Shown here in pieces: positions 48,854 to 58,958 of a DNA stretch of 64,000 bases. A program made the translations under genes and the position numbers. Numbering within the stretch: position 1 is the first letter of the stretch; each line of letters opens with the position of its first letter. The stretch lies in NCBI GenBank assembly GCA_039811685.1, contig JBDHZC010000003.1, positions 64,001-128,000 of the forward strand, in the 5' to 3' direction. The stretch is from Armatimonadota bacterium (GTDB lineage Bacteria; Armatimonadota; UBA5829; DSUL01). The notes below the pieces were generated by a model, which had not been told where the DNA came from, searched no databases, and saw only the letters and a list, made by a program, of their open reading frames with translations.

Positions 48854-50524
48854 TCATCGCGCCAGCCAGAGAACCAGCACCTGAGCGGAGATAACGCGCA
48901 GGATCATCACGAGCGGATAGACCGTTGCATAGGCGACAGAAGCTCCCTCAGAGCCGGTCACGGAGGTGGCAAAGGCCAGGGCGGGCGGGTCGGTCATGCT
49001 TCCGGCCAGCAACCCGCAGAGCGAGACAAAGTTCAAACGATAAACAGCTCTGGCTACCAGCGCCACTACCAGCAGCGGAAGCAGCGTGATCAGAGTCGCC
49101 CATCCCATCCACGCAAACCCTGCGCCCTGAGTCAGTGTCTGAACAAACTGGTCACCCGCCTTCAGCCCGACACACGCGAGAAACAGCACAATGCCGATCT
49201 GCCTGAGCATGAAGTTGGCGCTTATGGGCATAAACATACTCACAGGGCCGATCTGCCCGACGCGGCTGAGGAGGATGGCGACAATCAGCGGGCCGCCCGC
49301 CAGCCCCAGTTTGACCGGCGCGGGCATTCCCGGTATGCTGATCGGAACACTGCCGAGAATCACTCCCAGAGTGATCCCCAGAAAGACGGAGATGAGCTGT
49401 GGGTGGTTCAGCTTGGAGACGGAGTTGCCCAGCTCGCGAGAGACGCTGTCAAGAGACTGTTCATCTCCAACCACAGTCACAGTGTCAGCAAACTGCAGTT
49501 TGAAGTCAGCCGTCACAGGCAGCTCAAACTCTGCGCGGTTGACCCGGGTGATCTGCACTCCAAAGCGCTGAGGAAGCGCAAGCTCCAGAATGGATTTTCC
49601 GATAGCAGCGCTCTTGGTTACGCGCAGCCGCCGGGTGCTGAGATGACTGGGCACGGCGCGCAGATCAACATCAGACTCCTCGCCCACAATCAGCCGCAGG
49701 TCTCGCAGCTTCTCGCGGGGCCCTACCGCAAGCAGGACATCACCCTGCGCCAGGGTAGTTGTCGCATCTGCCACCTGCATGCGGTCGTCGTGGAGGATGC
49801 GCGAGACGACCACACCCGATCCGCCAAGTCCCGGAACCTCCTGCAGGCGCACCCCTTCCAGATTCTTGTTAGACACCTGCAGACTGGCGGCGATCAGCCC
49901 GGAAGTCTCCGCGGACTGGTGGGCGACAACGGCATCCGCCTCTTTTCTCGTGTCAACGCGAAAAACGCGCCGAACAAGCAGCATCGACAGAATTGTGCCA
50001 ACGATGCCGAAAGGATAAGCGATTGCATACCCCAGTCCCGGCATCTTGCTGGCTTCGTCCGTGATTCCTGGCAGATCTTTGAGCGCCTGCTGGGCCGCGC
50101 CAAGTCCGGGCGTATTAGTCACGCCGCCAGTGTAGAGTCCAACAGCTGCCTTGATGTCAATATGCGCCAGAAAAACCAGCCCCAGCGTCACAATGACACC
50201 AATTCCGACAATCGCCGCCGCCATCAAGTTGAGAGCTAATCCTTGTCGCCGCAGTGAAGCGATGAATCCGGGACCCACCTGCAGACCAATCGTGTAAACG
50301 AAAAGTATCAGTCCGAAGTCCCGCGCGAAGTCCAGGACCTCTTCATTCAGGGTGAGGTTGTAGTGCCCGAAGATCAGTCCGGCAAAGAGTACGCCTGCAA
50401 TGCCCAGACTGATTCCGAAGATTTTGATGTTGCCGATGGCCAGCCCGAGCGCCGCGACCAGCCCGATAATCACAACTGCGTGAGCGACAGAATCCTGCGT
50501 GAAGAGCTCAACTAGAAATGACAT
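48854..50524 (-). CDS. AspT/YidE family putative transporter with TrkA-C domains
   Basis: GLILFVYTIGLQVGPGF, TNTPGLGAA, YAIAYPFG, GLAGGPL, GSMTDPPAL and YATVYPL. Confidence 0.92.
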   Translation of the reverse strand: MSFLVELFTQDSVAHAVVIIGLVAALGLAIGNIKIFGISLGIAGVLFAGLIFGHYNLTLNEEVLDFARDFGLILFVYTIGLQVGPGFIASLRRQGLALNLMAAAIVGIGVIVTLGLVFLAHIDIKAAVGLYTGGVTNTPGLGAAQQALKDLPGITDEASKMPGLGYAIAYPFGIVGTILSMLLVRRVFRVDTRKEADAVVAHQSAETSGLIAASLQVSNKNLEGVRLQEVPGLGGSGVVVSRILHDDRMQVADATTTLAQGDVLLAVGPREKLRDLRLIVGEESDVDLRAVPSHLSTRRLRVTKSAAIGKSILELALPQRFGVQITRVNRAEFELPVTADFKLQFADTVTVVGDEQSLDSVSRELGNSVSKLNHPQLISVFLGITLGVILGSVPISIPGMPAPVKLGLAGGPLIVAILLSRVGQIGPVSMFMPISANFMLRQIGIVLFLACVGLKAGDQFVQTLTQGAGFAWMGWATLITLLPLLVVALVARAVYRLNFVSLCGLLAGSMTDPPALAFATSVTGSEGASVAYATVYPLVMILRVISAQVLVLWLAR

Positions 50525-50650
50525 ATGTTTGTACTATATATCACAGACTATTTCTGTGCTTCAATGTTGTACTCGCAAGGTTACCCGGGCGAGGCTCACA
50601 TCAGTTCAGGATAGCCTATCGCCGCCAGAAATGCGAAGCGCCAGGCCTTC

Positions 50651-52579
50651 TCAGGCTGTTGTCGCCTCCGTCACCTCGCTTACCGTCTGTACAGGCTGAG
50701 TGAGCAGCGATACGGCGACCAGTGTCACGAAGCTGAGCGGCATAGCGATAATCGCCGGGCTGTCCAGCCCAATCGGCGCTGCATCTGCGCTCAGGTGATA
50801 AACGCTCTCGTACATCGTCGGTGACAGCAGAATCAGCGCTACAGATATGGCCAGACCCGCAACAATCGAAGCGGATATTCCGGCAGCGGTCGTGCGCTTC
50901 CAGAACAGCAGCATCACCAGCGCCGGCAGGTTCGCTGAAGCGGCCACGGCAAATGCCCAGCCCACCAGATACGAAACGTTCATTCCCTCGTAGCGTATAC
51001 CGAGGAAAATCGCCACGACACCAACCGCCACTGCTGCAAGTTTCCCGGCGACCACACGGCCACTGTCAGACACAGTACCCCCAAAAAACCGGTCAATCAG
51101 ATCGTGCGCCACCGCGCCGGACGCGGCCACTATCAATCCGCTGACTGTCCCCAGCACCGTCGCAAACGCAATGGCGGAAATGCAGGCAAACAGAAACGTG
51201 CCAAACGAGCGCGCCAGAAGCGGCGCGGACATGTTGTTGTCCGTCACGTCAATCACCCCGCTGACCATAGCGCCCAGCCCCATAAATAGCGTCAGAATGT
51301 AAAAGAACCCGATCGCGGAAATCGCGACGATAGTGGATTTTCTCGCGGCGGCGACATCCGGCACGGTGTAGTAGCGAATGAGAATGTGCGGCAGTGCAGC
51401 CGTACCACAGAAGAGCGCCAGCATTAAGGAGACGAAGTTCAGGCGGTCGGTAGAGCTGGCGCCTTTGTCAACCTTGAACTTCAGCCCCGGCCGCATCACA
51501 TCAGAGCCCGGAGTGGGCTTCTGGAAGTAGATCGCAATCTGGTTGTCTCCGTCTGCGATTGTCTCCTTGTCCCAGCGAATTACTGTGCTGCGCTGCAAGA
51601 CAGACAAAAACTCCAGAGGCCCGAGCGCGCCAGTCTGTGCCACCGATCTCCCATTCTGAATAATCTTGCTTGCCTGTCCGACCTGGTGGAATTTCCCGGC
51701 CGACAAAGGAGCGCCGTTGTAGAGCTTCGATCCATCCGGGCGGGTCGTAACTGTCAGAGTTTCTTCAAGAGTGTTGGATGTCTGTGACACCTTCCAGACC
51801 GAGATTGCACCGTCATGACGAACCTTTATATAGCCTTTGCGAACCAGTTCGGAGTTTTCCTGTCCGGGTACGACTGAGTAGCCAGGCCGGTCAATTCTGA
51901 GGTTGCCCGATGTGTCCAGGTGGAAAGGCATGGAAACCAGGTCAGATCCTGAGGGTGTTGTCGAGATTCCTCGCAGCAGCACCGCTCCCGCCAGAATAGT
52001 CGAAAAGAGAATCAGCAGCCCGCCTTTGAGGAACTGCACGTACGTGGTCGAGGCCATTCCGGCGGTCGCTACGATAAAGATGACAATCCCGCCCACAAGA
52101 ACTACGCCGAAGGTGTGTGGGATGCCCAGAAGCGGCGTCACCAGCGATCCCGCGCCAACCATCTGCGGGATCAGATAGAAAAGTGATACCACGAGCGTGC
52201 TGATGGCTGCGGTGAACTGGACGCTGCGCGCGTTGAATCGGGAGTTCAAAGCGTCCGCAAAAGTGTACCTGCCGAGTCTCTTGACCGGCTCAGCGACAAC
52301 AAACAGCGCAACAATCCAGCCTGCGAGATAGCCGATTGAATACAAGAAGCCGTCGTAGCCGGCTGTGGCGATCATCCCGCAAATTCCCAGAAACGATGCC
52401 GCTGAGAGATAGTCCCCAGCGAACGCCAGACCGTTAACCGCCCAGTGAATGGAGCCGTCCGCCGCATAATAGCCGTGGGCGGTTTTTGCCCGGCGAGCCA
52501 GATAAACCGCAATCCACAGTGAAAAGGCGACGAATGCCGCAAAGGTCGCTATTGCTATCGGAGAAGTCTCGTAGTTCAT
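50651..52579 (-). CDS. actP: Cation/acetate symporter ActP-like (solute:sodium symporter family)
   Basis: NGLAFAGDYLSAASFLG, YLIPQMVGAG, GTAALPHILIRYYTV and AFAVAASANLP; paired with DUF485. Confidence 0.88.
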   Translation of the reverse strand: MNYETSPIAIATFAAFVAFSLWIAVYLARRAKTAHGYYAADGSIHWAVNGLAFAGDYLSAASFLGICGMIATAGYDGFLYSIGYLAGWIVALFVVAEPVKRLGRYTFADALNSRFNARSVQFTAAISTLVVSLFYLIPQMVGAGSLVTPLLGIPHTFGVVLVGGIVIFIVATAGMASTTYVQFLKGGLLILFSTILAGAVLLRGISTTPSGSDLVSMPFHLDTSGNLRIDRPGYSVVPGQENSELVRKGYIKVRHDGAISVWKVSQTSNTLEETLTVTTRPDGSKLYNGAPLSAGKFHQVGQASKIIQNGRSVAQTGALGPLEFLSVLQRSTVIRWDKETIADGDNQIAIYFQKPTPGSDVMRPGLKFKVDKGASSTDRLNFVSLMLALFCGTAALPHILIRYYTVPDVAAARKSTIVAISAIGFFYILTLFMGLGAMVSGVIDVTDNNMSAPLLARSFGTFLFACISAIAFATVLGTVSGLIVAASGAVAHDLIDRFFGGTVSDSGRVVAGKLAAVAVGVVAIFLGIRYEGMNVSYLVGWAFAVAASANLPALVMLLFWKRTTAAGISASIVAGLAISVALILLSPTMYESVYHLSADAAPIGLDSPAIIAMPLSFVTLVAVSLLTQPVQTVSEVTEATTA

Positions 52580-52866
52580 CGAACGTCACTGTCCTCCGAA
52601 GCCGTGTCCTCCGAAGCATCGCTTTCTGCTCTGGCGCACAGAGAGTTGTAGATGAGGGCCAGAATGACTGCGAAAACAATCAACCCCAGCCCGTACACTA
52701 CGGCCAGGTTCACGCCCAGCATATCAAGGCCCATCAGGCGGGGGTGGAACGTGTTGATATACACAAATCCGCCGTAGATCAGCGCATACACCACAAACAT
52801 CCACAGGCCAAGTCTGGCCTTGTAGGCAATTAGCTCTTGATCCCGCCGCGTTGAAGGATCGTTCAT
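52576..52866 (-). CDS. DUF485 (YjcH-like) small membrane partner of ActP
   Basis: Two TM helices; 4-bp overlap with the actP start. Confidence 0.85.
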   Translation of the reverse strand: MNDPSTRRDQELIAYKARLGLWMFVVYALIYGGFVYINTFHPRLMGLDMLGVNLAVVYGLGLIVFAVILALIYNSLCARAESDASEDTASEDSDVR

Positions 52867-52912
52867 AGGTCTCTCTCCTGTGAGATGATTTATGCTGAGG
52901 TCCTGGAGGTTC

Positions 52913-53281
52913 TCAGGACGCCGTACTGCCGTATTCTACACTGACGCTCGTCTGAATCCCGCCACGAGCCGTGAACTCCCCGCGCACCTGCATCCACCTG
53001 GGGTCGCACGCAGCGACCAGATCATCAAGGATGAGGTTGGTCACGTGCTCGTAAAAACATCCTCTGTTGCGATAGTTCAGCAGGTAATACTTGAGGCTCT
53101 TAAGCTCGACGCACAGCTTTCCGGGACGGTAGACAATGACGATTGTGCCAAAGTCCGGCAGGCCTGTTTTAGGGCAGACACTTGTGAACTCAGGACAGGT
53201 AATGGTGATGAGGTAGTCGCGCTCTGGAAACTGATTCTCAAAGGTCTCGAGCGCATAATCCGGCTGTTTGTTCTCGCTCAT
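52913..53281 (-). CDS. queF: NADPH-dependent 7-cyano-7-deazaguanine reductase (preQ1 synthase)
   Basis: [26 protein letters not shown] and F.ARGGI. Confidence 0.95.
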   Translation of the reverse strand: MSENKQPDYALETFENQFPERDYLITITCPEFTSVCPKTGLPDFGTIVIVYRPGKLCVELKSLKYYLLNYRNRGCFYEHVTNLILDDLVAACDPRWMQVRGEFTARGGIQTSVSVEYGSTAS

Positions 53282-53371
53282 GGGTGAAGAGATTCTAGCA
53301 TGGCGAGACGCCTTTTGCGCTTGGTGAACCAAACGCGTTGTGGCATGCCCGGCCGTTCAGATATCTGTTTT

Positions 53372-55291
53372 TCAGTTCACCAGCGTAATATGAGCCGGCA
53401 CAGTGCGCAGAACGGACGGAGTGACGCTTGTGTCCAGCCTGCCCCGAGCAATCACAAAGTCACCCGTCTGAACTCCATGCCCGGAAGCTGCCACTCTCAG
53501 AGCACGGCCGGAACCGGCGTCCAGCGAGAATCCACTGGAATCACTGCTGATTGCCAGTCCCCAGACTCTGAATAGAAAGCGCGAGCTTGCGGTCGCAGGA
53601 ATCTCGCTGAAAGCCAGGCCGTTCACACCTACGATTCGTACATCGTCATAGGTTGCGCTGTTGTCCACTGCCGTCAGTCCGTCCGTATCTGTCGCAATGA
53701 CGCTGACTGAATGTGTTGTGTAGCCTCCACCGGCGCTGATATCGCCCTGCCAGTCCACGCCGTTGTACACAAGCGAGACGCCATCCGCTGTGACCGCTGA
53801 TAGACCTTCAATATCTGAAGCAAGCACTGTAACGTGCACAGTGTCACCCTGCGCCACGACTGTCGGGCTGAGCGTCACGCCGGAGATTGTAGGCGGCGTG
53901 TTAGCGGGGCCACTGACGCTAAGGCTCAGGGTGTAGCGTTGCGCGTCGTCAACAGAGCCGGGTGCATCAGAGACTTTGACGAAAAACACTCCTCCGGCGC
54001 CCGGGAGCGCGTAGTTGGACAGTACCTCATCCTGGCCCTTTCCGCTCGAATTCTGAGTCACGAGCAGCGAAGAGCCGTTAGAGTTGTACACCTGGATCTG
54101 AAGGTCGCTGATGGCTCTTGTGTTGATCGTCGGTGTGTAGCCGCTGGAGCTTCCCACCTGATAGACACTGCCGAGGGGTGAGACTGTGACGTTCAGGCTG
54201 GACCCGGGCGCAACAGTGAACTTGAACCAGTCCTGATCTGCAGCATTTACAGTAGCCAGCGGGTCCGTGGTTAGGGTGGAGGAGCTCAACTGGCCCAGGT
54301 CTGTGGCTTTCGAAGAGGAGTTGTTCGGCTCAAAGGGATCGGCGTAATAGGAAGTTGCGCCGCGGATATCGTCATCCTGGGGGCCATCAAAGCTCATTGT
54401 CAGCATTGGCTCCATCAGCTTTGTCCCATTTGTTGGATAGACATGCCCCAGCCCGATGCCGTGACCGTGCTCATGGGTCACGGTGTTGCGCAGGTACCGG
54501 TAATCGTTCGAAGGATTCGCCCACGATTCACTGGTATCAAGCACCATGTCGCCGGTGTTAGGGTAGTAGCAATACGCCAGAACTCCGTAGGCCCCGTCTA
54601 GGTTGTGCCCACCGATGCGGATGTCACCTCGCTGGCCAACGGAGCCTGAGCTGGACGGAAAAGACGCGCCGTCATCCGCAACTTCCACGTACTGGATGCC
54701 ATAGACCGACGCCCACTCTGCAAATGCCTGCGCAAATTTCGCCTTCCACGCGCTTCGCGACCCAAAGGCCGCATCCAGCTTCGCCATCAGATTTGACGGC
54801 CCCGCGGGATCGCCCGAGCCACTTGGTATGTACAACCCGTCCGGAACAAAGCTGTACGTAAGCGTGAAAGGAGTGTTCTTTGCCACCGTCCCGTTAGTCG
54901 CCGTGTAAGTCCAGCGGTTGCTGGCATTGTAGGCGAGCTGGACGTTGGGGATTGGCAGCTCTTCCAAAATCTGGCGCATTCGCTCCTCAGGCGTGCCGGG
55001 CGCTACACATACAGACAGGCGAGAAGTCTCAATGCACTGAGCTTTTTCCATGTGGTTGAGAACGGCCGCCCTGACGGCCTGCTCAATGGATTCACCCGGG
55101 GAGAGAATAGAAGCGCGCGGTGCGAAGCGGCGCGTCACGCTTTCAAGCGCATCCTCTGGTGCGAAGCTCTGAGCATCTGGTGCGGAGCTCTGAGCTTCAA
55201 AGCCTGCAACCCGCGCGCCGGCCAAAGCCAAAAACCCCGTGGCAACCGCCAATCTCCAGCACCAAGTCGCTTGCTTTGTCATCCCTGCCAA
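53372..55291 (-). CDS. Secreted matrixin (M10)-like metalloprotease with PPC-like and C-terminal accessory domains
   Basis: Signal peptide; LTYSF.PDG; DIRIG; HEHGHGIGLGH; Met-turn LMEP; DDIRG; D.FEPN and D.DWFKF PPC-like region. Confidence 0.87.
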   Translation of the reverse strand: MAGMTKQATWCWRLAVATGFLALAGARVAGFEAQSSAPDAQSFAPEDALESVTRRFAPRASILSPGESIEQAVRAAVLNHMEKAQCIETSRLSVCVAPGTPEERMRQILEELPIPNVQLAYNASNRWTYTATNGTVAKNTPFTLTYSFVPDGLYIPSGSGDPAGPSNLMAKLDAAFGSRSAWKAKFAQAFAEWASVYGIQYVEVADDGASFPSSSGSVGQRGDIRIGGHNLDGAYGVLAYCYYPNTGDMVLDTSESWANPSNDYRYLRNTVTHEHGHGIGLGHVYPTNGTKLMEPMLTMSFDGPQDDDIRGATSYYADPFEPNNSSSKATDLGQLSSSTLTTDPLATVNAADQDWFKFTVAPGSSLNVTVSPLGSVYQVGSSSGYTPTINTRAISDLQIQVYNSNGSSLLVTQNSSGKGQDEVLSNYALPGAGGVFFVKVSDAPGSVDDAQRYTLSLSVSGPANTPPTISGVTLSPTVVAQGDTVHVTVLASDIEGLSAVTADGVSLVYNGVDWQGDISAGGGYTTHSVSVIATDTDGLTAVDNSATYDDVRIVGVNGLAFSEIPATASSRFLFRVWGLAISSDSSGFSLDAGSGRALRVAASGHGVQTGDFVIARGRLDTSVTPSVLRTVPAHITLVN

Positions 55292-55375
55292 ATACTCCCA
55301 ATCCTCAGTATATCATTAGTCGTGTTACTAACTGAAGTAGCTTCCGGGCTCCTGTGGGCCACTTGAGCGCACAGC

Positions 55376-56143
55376 CTAGATGATCAACTTCAAAGCAGCC
55401 AGCCCGGCGAGGATGAGCACCGCCGAATCGAACTGCTTCTGTGGAATACGTGGCAGAAGCCATGACCCGCTGAGCGCTCCTGCCGCGATAGCCGGCGCCA
55501 CGGCCAGGTCAAACATCAGCGTCTGGTGCGTCATAATCGGTTGACCAGGCTGCAGATGCGTCAGCAGCAGGAAAATGGGCACTTTGGCAAGGTTGAAAAT
55601 GAAAAAATAGAGTGCGGTGGTCCCCATAAACTGGTTCTTCCCCAAACCCATTCCGGTCAGGTAGATAGTCATAATCGGGCCAGCTGCGTTGGAGACTGTT
55701 GTCGAAAACCCCGCAAGCGCCCCTGTTGACACGACGCCCGCGCGTGAGTGCGGTGTCAGCCGGTCGCCCCACCTCTTTCTGGCGAGATGAAGCCCCAGCA
55801 TTCCCAGCACCATGTACCCGATGACGATGCTCAACACGTCGCGCGTTTTCGTTCTTTCGCCCAGATACAGGAGAAATCCCGCTCCTCCAAGCATGCCCAG
55901 CACCACCCAGGGAACCAGCTCCAACAGCTTGTCCCAACGGGTGTGGCTCCGGTAGCGGGCGACCGCGAAACAGTCAGCGAAGCTGAGCATCGGCAGCACC
56001 GCGCCCACTGAGAGCCTTCCACCGAATATTCCGGCCATCAGCGGAACGACCAGGATACCGACGCCGGGCACTCCCGTTTTGGAGAAACCGACAAGCAGCG
56101 CCGCCACAATACCAAGAAGCCAGTCGAGCGTTGTTAGATGCAC
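55376..56143 (-). CDS. TauE/SafE (sulfite exporter) family membrane protein
   Basis: GFSKTG.PG, LPML..AD, NAAGP...YL, F.GT and N..KVP; about 8 TM helices. Confidence 0.88.
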   Translation of the reverse strand: MHLTTLDWLLGIVAALLVGFSKTGVPGVGILVVPLMAGIFGGRLSVGAVLPMLSFADCFAVARYRSHTRWDKLLELVPWVVLGMLGGAGFLLYLGERTKTRDVLSIVIGYMVLGMLGLHLARKRWGDRLTPHSRAGVVSTGALAGFSTTVSNAAGPIMTIYLTGMGLGKNQFMGTTALYFFIFNLAKVPIFLLLTHLQPGQPIMTHQTLMFDLAVAPAIAAGALSGSWLLPRIPQKQFDSAVLILAGLAALKLII

Positions 56144-56188
56144 AGCGGAATTATGAGCGCTCAGCGCAACCCCTGTTGCTTGGGCAGG

Positions 56189-58045
56189 TTACAGCAGCGC
56201 TTCCTCCCACAGCCGGTACAGCTCTCTTATGCGTGACTCCAGCTCCTCGTGCTCCGCAAGGATCGCGGCAGAACTCTCGTGATCGGCAAATGTCTCCGGA
56301 CGGCTCAGAATACCGGCAAGCTCGGATATTCGCGCCTCAGCGGACTCTATCTCGCGTTCAATTTTCTCAGGTGAAGAGCCTTTCTTCTTGCCGGGAGCCT
56401 GCCGTCGAGTGGGCGGCTTCGCCTTCTTTTTCTGACTCACGCGCGGGCGCAGCGCGTGCGCCTGCTGAGCGTATTCGTCATAGTTGCCCAGAAAAGAGCG
56501 CACGTTGCCGCTCGATATCTCCACAATGCGTGTTGCGATAGAGTTCAGAAGATACCGATCGTGCGAGATCAGAATAACTGTGCCCGAGTAGCTTTGAAGA
56601 GCTTCTCCAAGCGCTTCTCGCGAGTCGATGTCCAGATGGTTTGTGGGTTCGTCGAGGATCAGCAGGTTGGGGCGGCTGACCATCAGCTTTGCCAGCGCCA
56701 CGCGATTGCGCTCTCCGCCGCTGAGGGAGGCCATCGCTTTGAACACGTCGTCACCTTTGAACAGAAACTGCGCCAGCATATTGCGCGCCTGAGCAGGTGT
56801 GAGGTCTGCGCTGTCCAGAAGCTCTTCGAGCACACTATTCTCCTCAGAAACCCCGGTCAGGTCCTGTGCAAAATAGCCAGTTTCAACACCACATCCAAGG
56901 CTGACACTTCCAGAGTCCGCAGCTTCCTTCCCGAGGATGATTCTGATGAGGGTCGTTTTGCCGGCTCCGTTTGGACCAACCAGCCCAATTCGCTCGCCCG
57001 CATCAACGCTCAGATCGAGATTGCGGAACAACGGCTCTGCTCCAAAGCTCTTTGTGACCGATTTGAGGTCCAGCACACTTCGCCCGCTGTGTTTGAGAGG
57101 CTCGATGGCGATATTGAGAGTGCTCTTCTGCTTTGGACGCTCCACGCGCTCCATTCTGCCCAGCAGCTTTTCCCGGCCACGCGCCTGCTTGCTGCGCTGC
57201 CCTGCCTTGTAGCGAAGAATGAAATCTTCCATCTTGTGGATTTCTTCCTGCTGTCGTTCGTAGCTCTCTTCCTGCGCGCGTTCCCGTTCCTGCTTGAGCT
57301 TTGCGAAGGCTGTGTAGTTGCCGGGGTAGCTGTGCGCAATGCGTCCCTGAAGATCCACAACTTTTGTCACAACTCTGTCCAGAAAGTAGCGGTCGTGAGA
57401 AACAACCAGCACCGCTCCCGAAAAACCCTGCAGAAACTCTTCCAGCCACTCAGTCGCTTCGATATCCAGGTGATTGGTCGGCTCATCCAGAAGCAGCGCA
57501 TCCGGCTTCTGCAGCAACACTCTGGCCAGTGCCGCGCGCGTTTTCTGGCCGCCGCTGAGCACGTTCACGGGCTTGTCCCAGTGCGCCGCGCCTAATCCGA
57601 GCCCCGTGAGGGTCGCCTTGACCTCCGCCTCGAAGGCGTAGCCGCCCAGCCGTTCATATTCGTGTTGAACCTCACCGTACCTGGAAACAAGCGCGTCCAT
57701 CTCGTCAGGCTCAGCGCGCGCCATATGTCCCTCGAGATCACGCATTTCCGCCTCCAGACGTCTCACTTCGCTGGATGCTCCGGAGACTGAAGACAACAGA
57801 GGCTCTTGACCTGTCAGCTCACTGTCCTGCTGCACATAACCGATGGTGGCGCCTGGCAGAACACTCACCGCCCCTGAATCCGGTGTTTCCAGAGCGGCAA
57901 TCAGGCGCAGAATTGTCGTCTTGCCCGATCCGTTTGGACCCACCAGCGCCACCTTTTCGGATGTGCCGACGGTGAAAGTCGCTTCGTCCAGCGCCTGGAA
58001 AGCGCCGTAAAACTTGCGGGCTGCATTCAGTGAAATCAGTGCCAA
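56189..58045 (-). CDS. ABC-F family ATP-binding protein
   Basis: Two NBDs (GPNGSGKTT/LSGGQ/LDEPTNHLD and GPNGAGKTT/LSGGE/LDEPTNHLD), no TM, C-terminal coiled coil; GGAG before TTG 58045. Confidence 0.93.
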   Translation of the reverse strand: MALISLNAARKFYGAFQALDEATFTVGTSEKVALVGPNGSGKTTILRLIAALETPDSGAVSVLPGATIGYVQQDSELTGQEPLLSSVSGASSEVRRLEAEMRDLEGHMARAEPDEMDALVSRYGEVQHEYERLGGYAFEAEVKATLTGLGLGAAHWDKPVNVLSGGQKTRAALARVLLQKPDALLLDEPTNHLDIEATEWLEEFLQGFSGAVLVVSHDRYFLDRVVTKVVDLQGRIAHSYPGNYTAFAKLKQERERAQEESYERQQEEIHKMEDFILRYKAGQRSKQARGREKLLGRMERVERPKQKSTLNIAIEPLKHSGRSVLDLKSVTKSFGAEPLFRNLDLSVDAGERIGLVGPNGAGKTTLIRIILGKEAADSGSVSLGCGVETGYFAQDLTGVSEENSVLEELLDSADLTPAQARNMLAQFLFKGDDVFKAMASLSGGERNRVALAKLMVSRPNLLILDEPTNHLDIDSREALGEALQSYSGTVILISHDRYLLNSIATRIVEISSGNVRSFLGNYDEYAQQAHALRPRVSQKKKAKPPTRRQAPGKKKGSSPEKIEREIESAEARISELAGILSRPETFADHESSAAILAEHEELESRIRELYRLWEEALL

Positions 58046-58235
58046 GTCAATCTCCACTACAATTATAGAGGCCGCACCGGACAAGCGGCAAAAGCGCACG
58101 TGTTGTGGTTTGCACAGTGAATTGCCAGTCTCGCGCTCAGACCGCTTGCCGGAAGCGCCGTTACGCCGAGATTGCCTGCGGTTTTGATAGACTGTTTTGT
58201 GCGTTGGAAGGAATGCCTCAGTGAGCTGGTTTGCG

Positions 58236-58264
58236 TTGACACGGCTTCTGTGCGGTGCTAAAAT
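58236..58264 (+). promoter_or_regulatory. sigma70 promoter of the tRNA cluster
   Basis: TTGACA-N17-TAAAAT with an extended TGn, 22 nt before tRNA-Leu. Confidence 0.8.
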
Positions 58265-58286
58265 GCGGTCGCTGGAGTCGCGTCCG

Positions 58287-58367
58287 GGGGATGTGGTGGA
58301 ACGGTAGACACGCTGTCTTGAGGGGGCAGTGAGGAAACTCGTGAGAGTTCAAATCTCTCCATCCCCA
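58287..58367 (+). tRNA. tRNA-Leu(GAG)
   Basis: Acceptor GGGGATG/CATCCCC, anticodon arm CTGTC-TTGAGGG-GGCAG, long variable arm, T loop GTTCAAATC. Confidence 0.95.
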
Positions 58368-58467
58368 TTTTACTGAACTCCAGAAAAACCTGAGTTCAGT
58401 CAGGGGCTTGCCGGACAGGGCGTTTTACCTGCCCGTCGGCCAGGTCAGGCCCTCATTGGCTGTCCGG

Positions 58468-58539
58468 GGGCGATTGGCGCAGTGGGAGCGCGCCTCGTTC
58501 ACACCGAGGAGGTCACTGGTTCAAATCCAGTATCGCCCA
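58468..58539 (+). tRNA. tRNA-Val(CAC)
   Basis: Acceptor GGGCGAT/ATCGCCC, anticodon arm CCTCG-TTCACAC-CGAGG, GGTTCAAATCC. Confidence 0.95.
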
Positions 58540-58635
58540 TTTTTGTTTTCCGTGGAAGAGCTGAGAGGCGCTGGGCGCCCTTTTGCCGGCCGCGCAGGTG
58601 GCGGTCGAAGCGACGGTGTGAATCTCAGACAGGCT

Positions 58636-58710
58636 GCGGGCGTAGTTCAGTGGTAGAGCGTCTGCTTCCCAAGCAGGATGTCGCGAGTTCGAATCTCGTC
58701 GCCCGCTCCA
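58636..58710 (+). tRNA. tRNA-Gly(CCC)
   Basis: Acceptor GCGGGCG/CGCCCGC, anticodon loop TTCCCAA, GTTCGAATC, encoded CCA. Confidence 0.96.
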
Positions 58711-58786
58711 GTTTGTAAGTTTGCTCTTTGAGGAGCGCCCCTGAGCGCTCCTCTGTCTTTGTAAAGAGCGCCTCGCGAAAGATCGA

Positions 58787-58857
58787 GGCGGCGTAGCCAA
58801 GTGGTAAGGCAGGGGACTGCAAATCCTTCATCAGCGGTTCGATTCCGCTCGCCGCCT
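58787..58857 (+). tRNA. tRNA-Cys(GCA)
   Basis: Acceptor GGCGGCG/CGCCGCC, anticodon loop CTGCAAA, GGTTCGATTCC, U discriminator. Confidence 0.95.
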
Positions 58858-58958
58858 TTTCTCCCTCAAAACCTCCTCACACCGCAGAGGAACCGGAAGT
58901 CTCTGACTCTAACTCTGCGTCAACGTTTTCGCGCGGGGTCTGCTGAGGAGAGTTGGAC

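Noticed and set aside
48767..50239. 490-aa plus-strand ORF
   Set aside because: It is an antisense shadow of the YidE transporter with no recognisable motif; such shadows are common in GC-rich DNA.
53282..53371. preQ1 riboswitch upstream of queF
   Set aside because: Only a simple hairpin is present; the A-rich 3' tail and consensus are missing, and a -10 element sits right before the start.
58287..58857. Genomic island or prophage integrated at the tRNA cluster
   Set aside because: I found no integrase, duplicated tRNA 3' end or obvious compositional shift.
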